A stretch of 64,000 nt of DNA from Bacteroidia bacterium. Lineage in GTDB: Bacteria > Bacteroidota > Bacteroidia > AKYH767-A > OLB10. The notes below the pieces were generated by a model. It worked only from the letters and a program-made list of their open reading frames with translations. It did not search any database and had not been told where the DNA came from. Positions 51,218 through 60,301 of this stretch are shown here, piece after piece. The stretch's first letter is position 1. Each line of letters begins with the position of its first letter. The position numbers and the translations under genes are program-made. Location: positions 17,211 to 81,210 of the forward strand of contig JBBRAW010000003.1 in the NCBI GenBank assembly GCA_038206385.1. Direction: 5' to 3'.

Positions 51218-51670
51218 ATGGGACAATCACTCGTAAAAAATTATATACATATAGTATTTAGCACCAAGCACCGACAGCCATTAATATATCCTCCAGTAGA
51301 GGAAGAATTGCATAGTTACTTAGGAGGCATTTGCAATAAGTTGGAATGCCATGTACTAAAAGTTGGAGGCTTTACCGACCATATTCATATCTTATGCATG
51401 CTATCGAAAAAGATAGCACTAATGAAACTAATGGAAGAACTTAAATCACATTCATCAAAATGGATAAAAACAAAAGGAGTTGATTATGCAAACTTTTATT
51501 GGCAAGATGGATATGGAGCTTTCTCTGTTAAACCGTCAGAGGTAGAAATAGTGATAAATTACCTTGCTAAACAAAAGGAACATCACAACAAAAATAAATT
51601 TCAAGATGAATACCGTGCATTTTTAAAAAAGTATAAAGTTGAATATGATGAAAAGTATGTTTGGGATTAG
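51218..51670 (+). CDS. IS200/IS605-family HuH Y1 transposase, REP-associated tyrosine transposase (RAYT)-like
   Basis: HuH motif 'HIHIL'. C-terminal catalytic Tyr context 'YWQDGYGAFSV'. N-terminus 'IHIVFSTKHRQPLI'. 150 aa. Flanked by REP-like structured repeats. Confidence 0.8.
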   Translation: MGQSLVKNYIHIVFSTKHRQPLIYPPVEEELHSYLGGICNKLECHVLKVGGFTDHIHILCMLSKKIALMKLMEELKSHSSKWIKTKGVDYANFYWQDGYGAFSVKPSEVEIVINYLAKQKEHHNKNKFQDEYRAFLKKYKVEYDEKYVWD

Positions 51671-51732
51671 AGATGCCGCACTTTAAAGCGAATCATGAGG
51701 CCCCATTTAATGCTGATTATCGCCTTTGAAAG

Positions 51733-51952
51733 GCTTAGATTTTTTAAGGTTTTATTGACTTTAACGAGGGGCGTTACCACCTCGTTAAAACATTTCACCC
51801 TTTCAGGGCTTTGACTTGCAGCTCAGAAGGGTTATCATTCATTAACGATTGACTTGAAGCCCCGAAGGGGTGTCATTCATTAACGATGGGCTGTGCCCAT
51901 CGTTAATGAATGAAAACAACATAAGCCCTGAAAGGGTGAAATAAAACTATGG
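51733..51952 (+). repeat. structured REP-like element, copy 2 (downstream of the transposase gene)
   Basis: About 90% identical to copy 1 including the 20-bp IRs. Internal palindrome replaced by a different perfect palindrome 'ttcattaacgatggg-ctgtg-cccatcgttaatgaa'. Ends with an orphan ATG (M-E-H-stop). Confidence 0.85.
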
Positions 51953-52186
51953 AACATTAATATGCAAAAATACCATCAGGAATAGAAACAGAAATGAAAT
52001 AGCTAGGATAATAAACAAAATATATACTACTGAGGATAATTAAAAATATTTGAAATACGAAATCAAAAAAATCTTTTCACCACCCTAGAAACCCCATTTT
52101 CAAAAATAAATTAAAAATAATTTTGCGCAACCGAATAATTGCATATATTTGCAACCGATCAGTTTCGTAATTAAATAAATTGAATA

Positions 52187-52513
52187 ATGAGAAGAGATGT
52201 TTTTCAGGCAATAGCAGACCCAACAAGGCGAGCCATAATATTACTTATTGCATTTCAAGCAATGACACCAAACGCCATAGCCGAACACTTCGACTCAACA
52301 CGACAAGCGGTTTCTAAGCACCTACGTATTTTAACAGAATGTGAATTAGTGAAACAAGAGCAATCAGGAAGAGAAATTTATTATCAAATTAATGAATCAA
52401 AATTGAAAGAAATTGATATGTGGCTTGAACAATTCAGAATGATATGGGAGAGCCGATTTAACCAACTTGATAAAGTATTACTTACAATAAAAAATAAAAA
52501 AATTGGAAAATAA
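52187..52513 (+). CDS. ArsR/SmtB family transcriptional regulator
   Basis: Winged HTH 'RRAIILLIA...[20 protein letters not shown]'. Confidence 0.85.
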   Translation: MRRDVFQAIADPTRRAIILLIAFQAMTPNAIAEHFDSTRQAVSKHLRILTECELVKQEQSGREIYYQINESKLKEIDMWLEQFRMIWESRFNQLDKVLLTIKNKKIGK

Positions 52514-53000
52514 AACGCAAGTTATAAAAGATTTTAAAGAAAGATCTATTCTCGTTTCGAGAGAATTTAATGCACCACTAAAAAATGTTTGGCGTGCTTA
52601 TACGGAGGGTAAACTTTTAGATCAATGGTGGGGACCTGCACCTTGGCATGCAGAAACAAAATTGTTGGATTTTACTGCCGGAGGTTTTTGGCTTTATGCA
52701 ATGGTAAGTCCGGAAGGAGAAAAGCATTGGGGACGAATGAATTATTTATCAATAAATCCACATAAAAGTTATGACATTGAAGATGTGTTTTGCGATGAAA
52801 ATGGAAATGTAATTTCAGAACTTCCAACATCTAAAGGGCAAATAGTTTTTTCGGAAACAGAAAATGGAACAAGGGTAGATTTCAAAATGATTTACCAAAC
52901 AGAAAGCGACTTACAAAAAATTGTTGAGATGGGCTTTGAACAAGGAATCTCAATTTGTCTTGATCAATTAGAAAGCATGATTAACGAAAACAAAATCTAA
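52503..53000 (+). CDS. SRPBCC family protein (Aha1/START-like)
   Basis: Typical ArsR partner. '[11 protein letters not shown]' motif of the AHSA1-like SRPBCC family. Confidence 0.75.
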   Translation: MENKTQVIKDFKERSILVSREFNAPLKNVWRAYTEGKLLDQWWGPAPWHAETKLLDFTAGGFWLYAMVSPEGEKHWGRMNYLSINPHKSYDIEDVFCDENGNVISELPTSKGQIVFSETENGTRVDFKMIYQTESDLQKIVEMGFEQGISICLDQLESMINENKI

Positions 53001-53099
53001 TTTTTTTTACAACTAATTTAACATATTCATATTGGCGGATTTTATTTGTTAATCCGCTAATATGAAATGTAGTAAAGCAATATTTAGTTTCTTTATACT

Positions 53100-53588
53100 A
53101 CTTTCACATTATCACAAACATCTTCACATCCGAATACTTTTTACTTTTTAATTTTGCATAATACAATCCTGGAGGTAAATTTAACTGTTGATCATAATGA
53201 TCATTTCCAGCTAAAGAAGTTGTATAAACCTTTGCCTCTTTTACATCCAAAATATCATTGTGAAGGAATCTGTTTTTTGTTTTGTATCCAACATTAGAAT
53301 TGTAAAATTTCCATAATTAATTGTTGGATTTAATTCAATGTTGATATCGCTTATGATATGCTGCTCATTTTTTCCTGTTAATGCACTTAAATCAGCCGAC
53401 CAAATCCCACTTCCGAAAGTAGCAAGATACACTTTATCTAATGCTAAATTAAATTCAATATCTTGAACAATAATGTTTGGCAACCCTACACTCTGACTGA
53501 CCCATGTTGTTGAATTACTATCCAAAACATAAATACCAATATCTGTTGCTGTCACAAGCTTATTACTTACAGAAAAAAATTTTATCAA
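53100..53588 (-). pseudogene. frameshifted 3' remnant of a T9SS cargo gene (propeller-like segment + sorting-domain tail)
   Basis: ORF 53241..53588 has no plausible N-terminus. After its stop a second frame encodes '...LDVKEAKVYTTSLAGNDHYDQQLNLPPGLYYAKLKSKKYSDVKMFVI*', a T9SS type-A sorting-domain C-terminus. Confidence 0.4.
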
Positions 53589-53742
53589 TGATGTTCTTTC
53601 TAAAAGTAATTCTTTAAATTAGCCAATTACTTTAATAAAAAACAAAGAAGGCAATAGGAAAAAATAATTCGTCCGTCTTCAAATGTTAAGTAAAAATCTT
53701 ATGCGATGCAAATCATATTTATGTTAAAAGAAAATTAATTTT

Positions 53743-54396
53743 ATGGATCAGGAACTTCAAGAACTTTTTAATGATACGAAAATTGCTTTCGAAAAATCGC
53801 CAATAAAGAAATTTGCTGATGACAAAAGTGCTAAGTGGGCTTATACAATTTCTTCAACGGAATTACAGCAAGGAAAAAATCTTCTCGTAGAATTTAATTG
53901 GGAAGTTGAATCAAAGCAAAAATATACTGCGCAAGAATTTATTCCAACTATCAACTTTAAAGGATTACATCTCAATAAGGAATTAGGATCATTACAAAAA
54001 ATTTATCGACCATTGTTAGAATATTTTCCTGCTGAAGAAATTGATGATGCTGTTCGTTCCAATTTTTGTTTTTTTAGATCTAAACAAGAAGACCAACTTA
54101 CACAAACAGATCTAGATTTATCAACTCCTCTCTTCTTAAAATTTATTGACATCATAAAACCCAAAAGCATAATAGGATTTTCTAATAATCTCAAAAATTA
54201 TTTTATCTATCATAAACTTTGCAGTGATTTGCAGAAATTAGAAATCCCATCCAACAAAAGAATGTTACTCGTTGCAAAAGGAATTTTTAAACGCCACGAT
54301 CAAAACATTCCAATCTATTTCCTTCCACATCCCGATGCTAAACTTACTTCATCTGCAAGAAAAGAAGCTTGGAACTTTTGCTTTAAAGAGAATTAA
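53743..54396 (+). CDS. hypothetical protein
   Basis: 217-aa ORF. No confident motif. Confidence 0.4.
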   Translation: MDQELQELFNDTKIAFEKSPIKKFADDKSAKWAYTISSTELQQGKNLLVEFNWEVESKQKYTAQEFIPTINFKGLHLNKELGSLQKIYRPLLEYFPAEEIDDAVRSNFCFFRSKQEDQLTQTDLDLSTPLFLKFIDIIKPKSIIGFSNNLKNYFIYHKLCSDLQKLEIPSNKRMLLVAKGIFKRHDQNIPIYFLPHPDAKLTSSARKEAWNFCFKEN

Positions 54397-54401
54397 TTAA
54401 A

Positions 54402-54917
54402 TTGAAAATACTTCTTTTGTCCGATACGCATTCTTATATGGATGATGCAATATTAAATCATGTAAAAGATGCTGATGAAGTTTGGCATGCTGGTGATATT
54501 GGTAAGATTGATGTCGCTGATAAAATTAAAACGTTGAAACCATTGCGAGCGGTGTTTGGAAACATCGATGATCATATTGTTCGAGTAAGTTTTCCTGAAG
54601 ATTTAATTTTTGATTGCGAAGGGCTAAAGGTGATGATCACACACATCGGCGGAAGCCCAGGAAAATATATTCCTCGTGTTCGAATACTCATTGACGAACA
54701 TCATCCTGGCATATTTATTTGTGGACATAGTCATCTTTTGAAAGTGATGCGCGATCCGAAAAAGAAAATGCTTTATATGAATCCAGGTGCTGCAGGTATT
54801 CATGGATTTCATAAAGTTAGGACCATGCTTCGCTTCAAAATTGAACAAGGAAAAATTCTTGAATTAGATGTGATTGAACTTGGTCTCCGAGGAGCATTAC
54901 CTCAGTCGGTCGGCTGA
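54402..54917 (+). CDS. metallophosphoesterase (YfcE/MJ0936 family)
   Basis: 'ILLLSDTHS', 'GDIG', 'GNID', 'GHSH' metal-ligand motifs in canonical order. Confidence 0.85.
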   Translation: MKILLLSDTHSYMDDAILNHVKDADEVWHAGDIGKIDVADKIKTLKPLRAVFGNIDDHIVRVSFPEDLIFDCEGLKVMITHIGGSPGKYIPRVRILIDEHHPGIFICGHSHLLKVMRDPKKKMLYMNPGAAGIHGFHKVRTMLRFKIEQGKILELDVIELGLRGALPQSVG

Positions 54918-55451
54918 ACGAACCAAATCATCATCCTTTTTAATCGCTCTTCCAGCTAATCGAATAAAGAGTAGTGGCAAAACAACAAACATCGCTGCTA
55001 ATGAGAAATTCAAAATATGTCCTGGACCAATAGTTATGCGTAATTGCTCGGTATCAAAAGCAAGTAAAACGATCAATAAAACTTGAATTAAGGTTAGAAA
55101 TCCACAATATTTTAATTGCATTTTGCGATTTTTAAAATTAAATATCGTCGCTAATGAAATAATTACAACGAGTGAATTGATAATAATGAGCGGCCAAAAG
55201 CGCATCTGAAAAGTAGCAACATTATTCAAAACTGAATCCACGCTTAATAGCGAAAACCTATAACTAGCTGCATCAACAGCAGTTACACCAGGAATAAGAG
55301 TAAATATTGGGGTGAAAAATAAAATAATTCCACATAAAGCAGCTAACAATAAATAGATGGATTGGATACGTTGTAGCATAAATGAGATCGATAAGAATGC
55401 AAAGATGTTAAATACCATGTTCATAAAAAACAGATGAGAAAAAGGAAACAA
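54897..55451 (-). CDS. DUF4293-like membrane protein (conserved neighbour of rho in Bacteroidota)
   Basis: Four hydrophobic helices. Divergent from rho, as in many Bacteroidota genomes. Confidence 0.45.
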   Translation of the reverse strand: MFPFSHLFFMNMVFNIFAFLSISFMLQRIQSIYLLLAALCGIILFFTPIFTLIPGVTAVDAASYRFSLLSVDSVLNNVATFQMRFWPLIIINSLVVIISLATIFNFKNRKMQLKYCGFLTLIQVLLIVLLAFDTEQLRITIGPGHILNFSLAAMFVVLPLLFIRLAGRAIKKDDDLVRSADRLR

Positions 55452-55639
55452 AATTTGTATTGCAATCGTAATTATTGTATTATTGCGGTGTAATTAAGCG
55501 GCTGCGATTTTTATCTCCCTGACAATTACAGATTATATGTTCTATTTGTTCTGAACGATATCTCCCCTACTGTTCCCCAATTAAATTCCCTGCATCAGCT
55601 ATTGCAGAATCATTATTAAACATTTTAATCCCCTTTTAC

Positions 55640-57514
55640 ATGTTTGACATCATTCAATTGAATGAGAAGTTGCTACCTGAATTAAAAGATTTAGCTCGCA
55701 AACTTAAAATTGAGCAATTCGAAAGCCTCAAAAAACAAGACCTGGTTTACAAAATTCTAGACCATCAGGCACTCAATCCCGAAATCAATTTCAAAGAGCT
55801 AGGAATAGAAGTTCCTGCTAAACATGAGCCTGTAAAACGAGCTCGTGCAAAGAAGGAAGATGCGACGGAAGAAAAAAAAATTGCTCCTTCTAACGGTGAA
55901 GATAATTCATCGAAAAAAGAAACTACTGAGGCTCCAGCTCCTAGAGTAAGAGCAAAGGCGACAGCTGAAATTGCAACGCCAACATTCGCCCCTTCAAATT
56001 CTGATAATATGGATGCTGCTGATGGTAATAAACCAAAACGTCAGCGAATAATTCCAGTTAAAGAAGAAGGTGATGAACCTGCTGTTCAAGTAACATATAT
56101 GCCACATTCTTTTGGTACGGAGAAGCCACCAAAAAGTAAGTCGACGTTAGATGAAGAGGAAGAAAATAGTAAACCTACACCAACACCTTCATACAATTCA
56201 TCAAAGCCTGCTGAAGTAATTCCGCAACGTTTTGAGCCACCAGCACGCAATCGCATGGAGTATCCTCAAACGGAGCAACGTCCTACCATGGATCGTCAAC
56301 CTATTCGTGAGAACCGTGAGCCTGCAGCTCCATCACGTGAATTTGCTCCGCGTGAACAACGTAAACCTGTTGCCGCACCAGTAGAAAACTTTTTTGATTT
56401 CGGTGGTAATGTAATGGCAGAAGGTGTTCTTGATATGATGCCCGATGGATTCGGATATTTACGCTCGTCGGATTACAATTATCTTCCTTCACCTGATGAT
56501 GTTTTTATTCCGCAACAACAAATAAAATTATACGGATTAAAAACTGGTGATACGATTAGAGGTTCTGTTCGTCCACCACGTGAAGGTGAAAAATATTTTC
56601 CTTTAGTGAAGGTAGATACTATCAATGGTCAGTCGCCAGATATTGTACGCGATCGCGTTCCTTTCGATTTCTTAACACCGCTTTTTGCACATGAGAAATT
56701 TAATCTCATCAACGGACAAAATAATTATTCAACACGTATCATGGATCTTTTTACGCCGATCGGAAAAGGTCAGCGTGGATTGATTGTAGCTCAACCGAAG
56801 ACTGGTAAAACAGTTTTATTAAAAGAAGTTGCTAATGCAATTGCTGCAAATCATCCTGAAGTTTATCTCATCATTTTATTGATTGATGAACGTCCTGAAG
56901 AAGTAACTGATATGGCAAGAAGTGTACGTGCAGAAGTGATCTCTTCAACATTTGATGAGCCTGCTGATCGTCATGTGAAAATTGCAAATATCGTTTTAGA
57001 AAAAGCAAAACGTTTAGTAGAATGCGGACATGATGTTTGTATTTTATTAGATTCTATCACTCGTTTAGCACGCGCATACAACACCGTTGCACCAGCATCA
57101 GGAAAAGTTCTTTCAGGTGGTGTTGAAGCGAATGCATTACAGAAACCAAAACGTTTCTTTGGTGCTGCGCGTAACATTGAAAACGGTGGATCATTAACAA
57201 TATTAGCTACAGCTTTAACGGATACTGGATCTAAAATGGATGAAGTAATCTTTGAAGAATTCAAAGGTACTGGAAACATGGAATTGCAGTTGGATCGTAA
57301 GCTTGCCAACAAACGTGTATTCCCTTCTGTTGATCTTGTTGCTTCTAGTACTCGTCGTGAAGATTTATTATTAGATCGTGAAATGCTACAAAAAATGTGG
57401 ATCCTTCGTAATCACCTTGCCGATATGAATCCGATGGAAGCGATGGAATTTATTCTTGAACGACTACGCGGAACAAAATCGAATGAGGAATTTTTAGTTT
57501 CGATGAACTCGTAA
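55640..57514 (+). CDS. rho: transcription termination factor Rho with ~230-aa disordered N-terminal insertion
   Basis: Rho N-terminal domain '[19 protein letters not shown]'. Cold-shock-like RNA-binding domain. Walker A 'AQPKTGKT'. Q/R loops. C-terminal '[12 protein letters not shown]'. Confidence 0.95.
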   Translation: MFDIIQLNEKLLPELKDLARKLKIEQFESLKKQDLVYKILDHQALNPEINFKELGIEVPAKHEPVKRARAKKEDATEEKKIAPSNGEDNSSKKETTEAPAPRVRAKATAEIATPTFAPSNSDNMDAADGNKPKRQRIIPVKEEGDEPAVQVTYMPHSFGTEKPPKSKSTLDEEEENSKPTPTPSYNSSKPAEVIPQRFEPPARNRMEYPQTEQRPTMDRQPIRENREPAAPSREFAPREQRKPVAAPVENFFDFGGNVMAEGVLDMMPDGFGYLRSSDYNYLPSPDDVFIPQQQIKLYGLKTGDTIRGSVRPPREGEKYFPLVKVDTINGQSPDIVRDRVPFDFLTPLFAHEKFNLINGQNNYSTRIMDLFTPIGKGQRGLIVAQPKTGKTVLLKEVANAIAANHPEVYLIILLIDERPEEVTDMARSVRAEVISSTFDEPADRHVKIANIVLEKAKRLVECGHDVCILLDSITRLARAYNTVAPASGKVLSGGVEANALQKPKRFFGAARNIENGGSLTILATALTDTGSKMDEVIFEEFKGTGNMELQLDRKLANKRVFPSVDLVASSTRREDLLLDREMLQKMWILRNHLADMNPMEAMEFILERLRGTKSNEEFLVSMNS

Positions 57515-57573
57515 AAATTTGAAAATTTGATGATTTGAAAATTTGAAGATGTAAAAATTAAATAAATAGAAAT

Positions 57574-57610
57574 AATAGCCCTGTGGTGTCTACTACAGGG
57601 CTATTTTTTT
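57574..57610. terminator. bidirectional terminator hairpin (same palindromic element as 39664-39701, opposite orientation); overlaps the TAG of the Mur ligase gene
   Basis: 'aatagccctgtggtgtctactacagggctatttttttg'. Confidence 0.75.
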
Positions 57611-58951
57611 GCCGAATTCATTTAGATTTAGTCCATCGAAATTTCCGGAGCTCATTAGTAAAAGTACTTCTCCGTTCCAGGGATAATTTTCGAGATACGA
57701 TTTTAGATCTGAGCTTACATTGTACACTTTAATATCTTGTCGTGCAAAAGCATTTCGCACTTGATCAATAGAAAGTGACGCTAATTTTTTATGTTCTAAC
57801 GTTTGCGGATTGAAATAAACTATAGCTTCATCAGCAGCATTCATAGAACCTTTGTATTGTTCTAAAAACTCACTGTTTAACGAGGAGAAAGTATGCAATT
57901 CCATGCAAGCAATTACTTTTCTTTTTCCAAATTGTTCCTTCACTGCAGATGTAGTTGCTTTTAATTTAGAAGGTGAATGGGCGAAATCTTTATATACAAT
58001 TGCCTTTGCAGATCGCGCTATTAATTCCAATCTTCGTGCAGCTCCTTTGAAAGATTTTATTGCATCATAAAATTGTTCTGCTTTTACTCCAACTTGTTCG
58101 CAAAGTAAACGTGCTCCTTCAAGATTCAATAAATTATGTTCACCGAAAATCTGCAATTCTATTTCTCCAAATTTTGTTTTCAGAAAAGTAATTCCTTCAC
58201 GAATTTCATGCGCCGGAACAGAGTAAGGAAACTTATGCAATTTATTTTTTGCTGCTTCACAAACTTTACGAACTTCTATATCTTCATTGCAATAAATCAG
58301 CGTACTATTATCCGGAATTTGATTTACGAAAATGCTGAATTGCTCAACATAATTTTCGAATGTTGGAAACACATTGATATGATCCCAAGCAATTCCACTT
58401 AACAATGCAATGTCTGCATGATACAAATGAAATTTCGGACGACGATCAATGGGAGAAGATAAATATTCATCGCCTTCAAGAACAATAATTGGTGCGGCAT
58501 CTGTAATACGAACCATTGTTTCAAAACCTTCCAATTGCGATCCAACCATGTAATCAAAATCTAACTTCGCTACATGCAAAACATGCAATACCATCGCGGT
58601 GATCGTAGTCTTTCCATGACTTCCTCCTATTACAATGCGTTTTTTATTCTTCGATTGTTCGTAGAGATATTCAGGATAAGAATAAACAGGTATGCGTAAT
58701 TTCTGTGCTTCCAACAATTCAGGATTATCAACACGCGCATGCATTCCCAAGATCACAGCATCCAATCGCTCATGAATTTTACCCGGAAACCATCCCATCT
58801 TTTCAGGCAATATTCCAGCATTCAATAATCGTGTTCGAGAAGGCTCATTGATCTCATCATCAGATCCAGTTACTTCGTATCCCTTCTCAAGAAGCGCCAA
58901 TGCAAGGTTATGCATAGCTGCTCCGCCAATCGCAATAAAATGTACGTTCAT
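57593..58951 (-). CDS. Mur ligase family protein, Mpl-like (UDP-N-acetylmuramate:L-alanyl-gamma-D-glutamyl-meso-DAP ligase)
   Basis: N-terminus 'VHFIAIGGAAMHNLALALLEKGYEVTGSD' matches the Mpl/MurC pattern. ATP-binding 'GSHGKTT'. Confidence 0.75.
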   Translation of the reverse strand: MNVHFIAIGGAAMHNLALALLEKGYEVTGSDDEINEPSRTRLLNAGILPEKMGWFPGKIHERLDAVILGMHARVDNPELLEAQKLRIPVYSYPEYLYEQSKNKKRIVIGGSHGKTTITAMVLHVLHVAKLDFDYMVGSQLEGFETMVRITDAAPIIVLEGDEYLSSPIDRRPKFHLYHADIALLSGIAWDHINVFPTFENYVEQFSIFVNQIPDNSTLIYCNEDIEVRKVCEAAKNKLHKFPYSVPAHEIREGITFLKTKFGEIELQIFGEHNLLNLEGARLLCEQVGVKAEQFYDAIKSFKGAARRLELIARSAKAIVYKDFAHSPSKLKATTSAVKEQFGKRKVIACMELHTFSSLNSEFLEQYKGSMNAADEAIVYFNPQTLEHKKLASLSIDQVRNAFARQDIKVYNVSSDLKSYLENYPWNGEVLLLMSSGNFDGLNLNEFGKKIAL

Positions 58952-59114
58952 ATTTGTTATTACTGTCTCAAAGTTAGCATTTGATACAGCATTATTAAAG
59001 GAACTATTTACGAGTTAATAACAATTAATGGTGAACAGCATGGAGCTAAAAAACTACTATGCTATACGCTTTTTAATTATTATGTATTTCAATACCTTTG
59101 AAAAAAATACATAG

Positions 59115-59954
59115 GTGAAATTACATACAATTGATACAGGATTTTTTAAACTAGATGGTGGTGCTATGTTTGGTGTTGTGCCCAAATCGCTGTGGCAAAA
59201 GCTTAATCCTCCCGATGAAAATAATATGTGTAATTGGGCAATGCGTTGCTTGTTAGTTGAACTCAACAATAAACTTATTTTGATCGACAATGGCATGGGC
59301 GATAAACAAGATGCAAAGTTTTTTGGTCATTACTTTTTGAATGGAGATGCAACGCTTGATAATTCATTGAAGGCAAAAGGGTTTTCGAAAGATGATATTA
59401 CAGATGTATTTCTTACGCATTTACATTTTGATCATTGTGGTGGTAGCATTCAATTTAACAAAGATAAAACTGGCTTTGAACCAGCATTTAAAAACGCAAC
59501 TTATTGGAGTAACGAATCACATTGGAAGTGGGCAACGCAACCAAATGCGCGAGAGAAAGCAAGTTTTTTGAAAGAAAATATTATTCCTATTCAGGAATCT
59601 GGTCAACTGAAATTTACAACAGATGGTGCGGAATTATTTCCAGGATTCAAAATAAAATATATGAACGGACATACCGACGGAATGATGTTACCTCATATTC
59701 ATTACAAAGAAAAAACAATTATATATGTTGCAGATTTACTTCCTTCTGTCGGACATCTTCCAGTTCCTTTTGTAATGGCGTATGATACTCGTCCGCTGAT
59801 AACACTTAATGAAAAATCGGAATTTTTAAACAACGCTTGCGAAAAAAATCACATTTTATTTTTCGAACATGATCCACTAAATGAATGTTGCACTTTGCAG
59901 ATGACAGATAAAGGTGTTCGGTTGAAAGAGACTTTTAAGTTGGAAGAAGTTTGA
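59115..59954 (+). CDS. MBL-fold metallo-hydrolase
   Basis: 'THLHFDHCGG' HxHxDH motif. Confidence 0.85.
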   Translation: MKLHTIDTGFFKLDGGAMFGVVPKSLWQKLNPPDENNMCNWAMRCLLVELNNKLILIDNGMGDKQDAKFFGHYFLNGDATLDNSLKAKGFSKDDITDVFLTHLHFDHCGGSIQFNKDKTGFEPAFKNATYWSNESHWKWATQPNAREKASFLKENIIPIQESGQLKFTTDGAELFPGFKIKYMNGHTDGMMLPHIHYKEKTIIYVADLLPSVGHLPVPFVMAYDTRPLITLNEKSEFLNNACEKNHILFFEHDPLNECCTLQMTDKGVRLKETFKLEEV

Positions 59955-60301
59955 AATAAATTAAAAATTACGAATTAAATTCAGAACAATGAATAACGTA
60001 TTCAATCAATTTGATGCTGTGACAGATACGCATTATCCTAAAAGCAGCAATACTGCCTCGCAATTTACTATTAAAGATACAAGAGATTTTAAAAACGAAA
60101 AGGATCATTAGTGAACTACATAACAAAAAAGCAACATCTAGGCAAATAATATTTCGACGGAAAGAAATCAAATTCTTTTGTAGTTTTCAATAAAAACGAA
60201 TGAAATGATATGTTCTACAAAAACCCCAACCATCATTTAACTCAGTTTGGTGTGTAGATTATTTTTTCAGGTTTAAGTTTCTTTACATCTACTTTTACTT
60301 T

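Larger units (their letters stand above)
51004..51952 (+). mobile_element. minimal IS200-like / RAYT unit: tnpA flanked by two directly repeated structured ends
   Basis: About 950 bp total: one Y1 transposase gene and no accessory tnpB, bounded by hairpin-rich ends. Confidence 0.6.
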
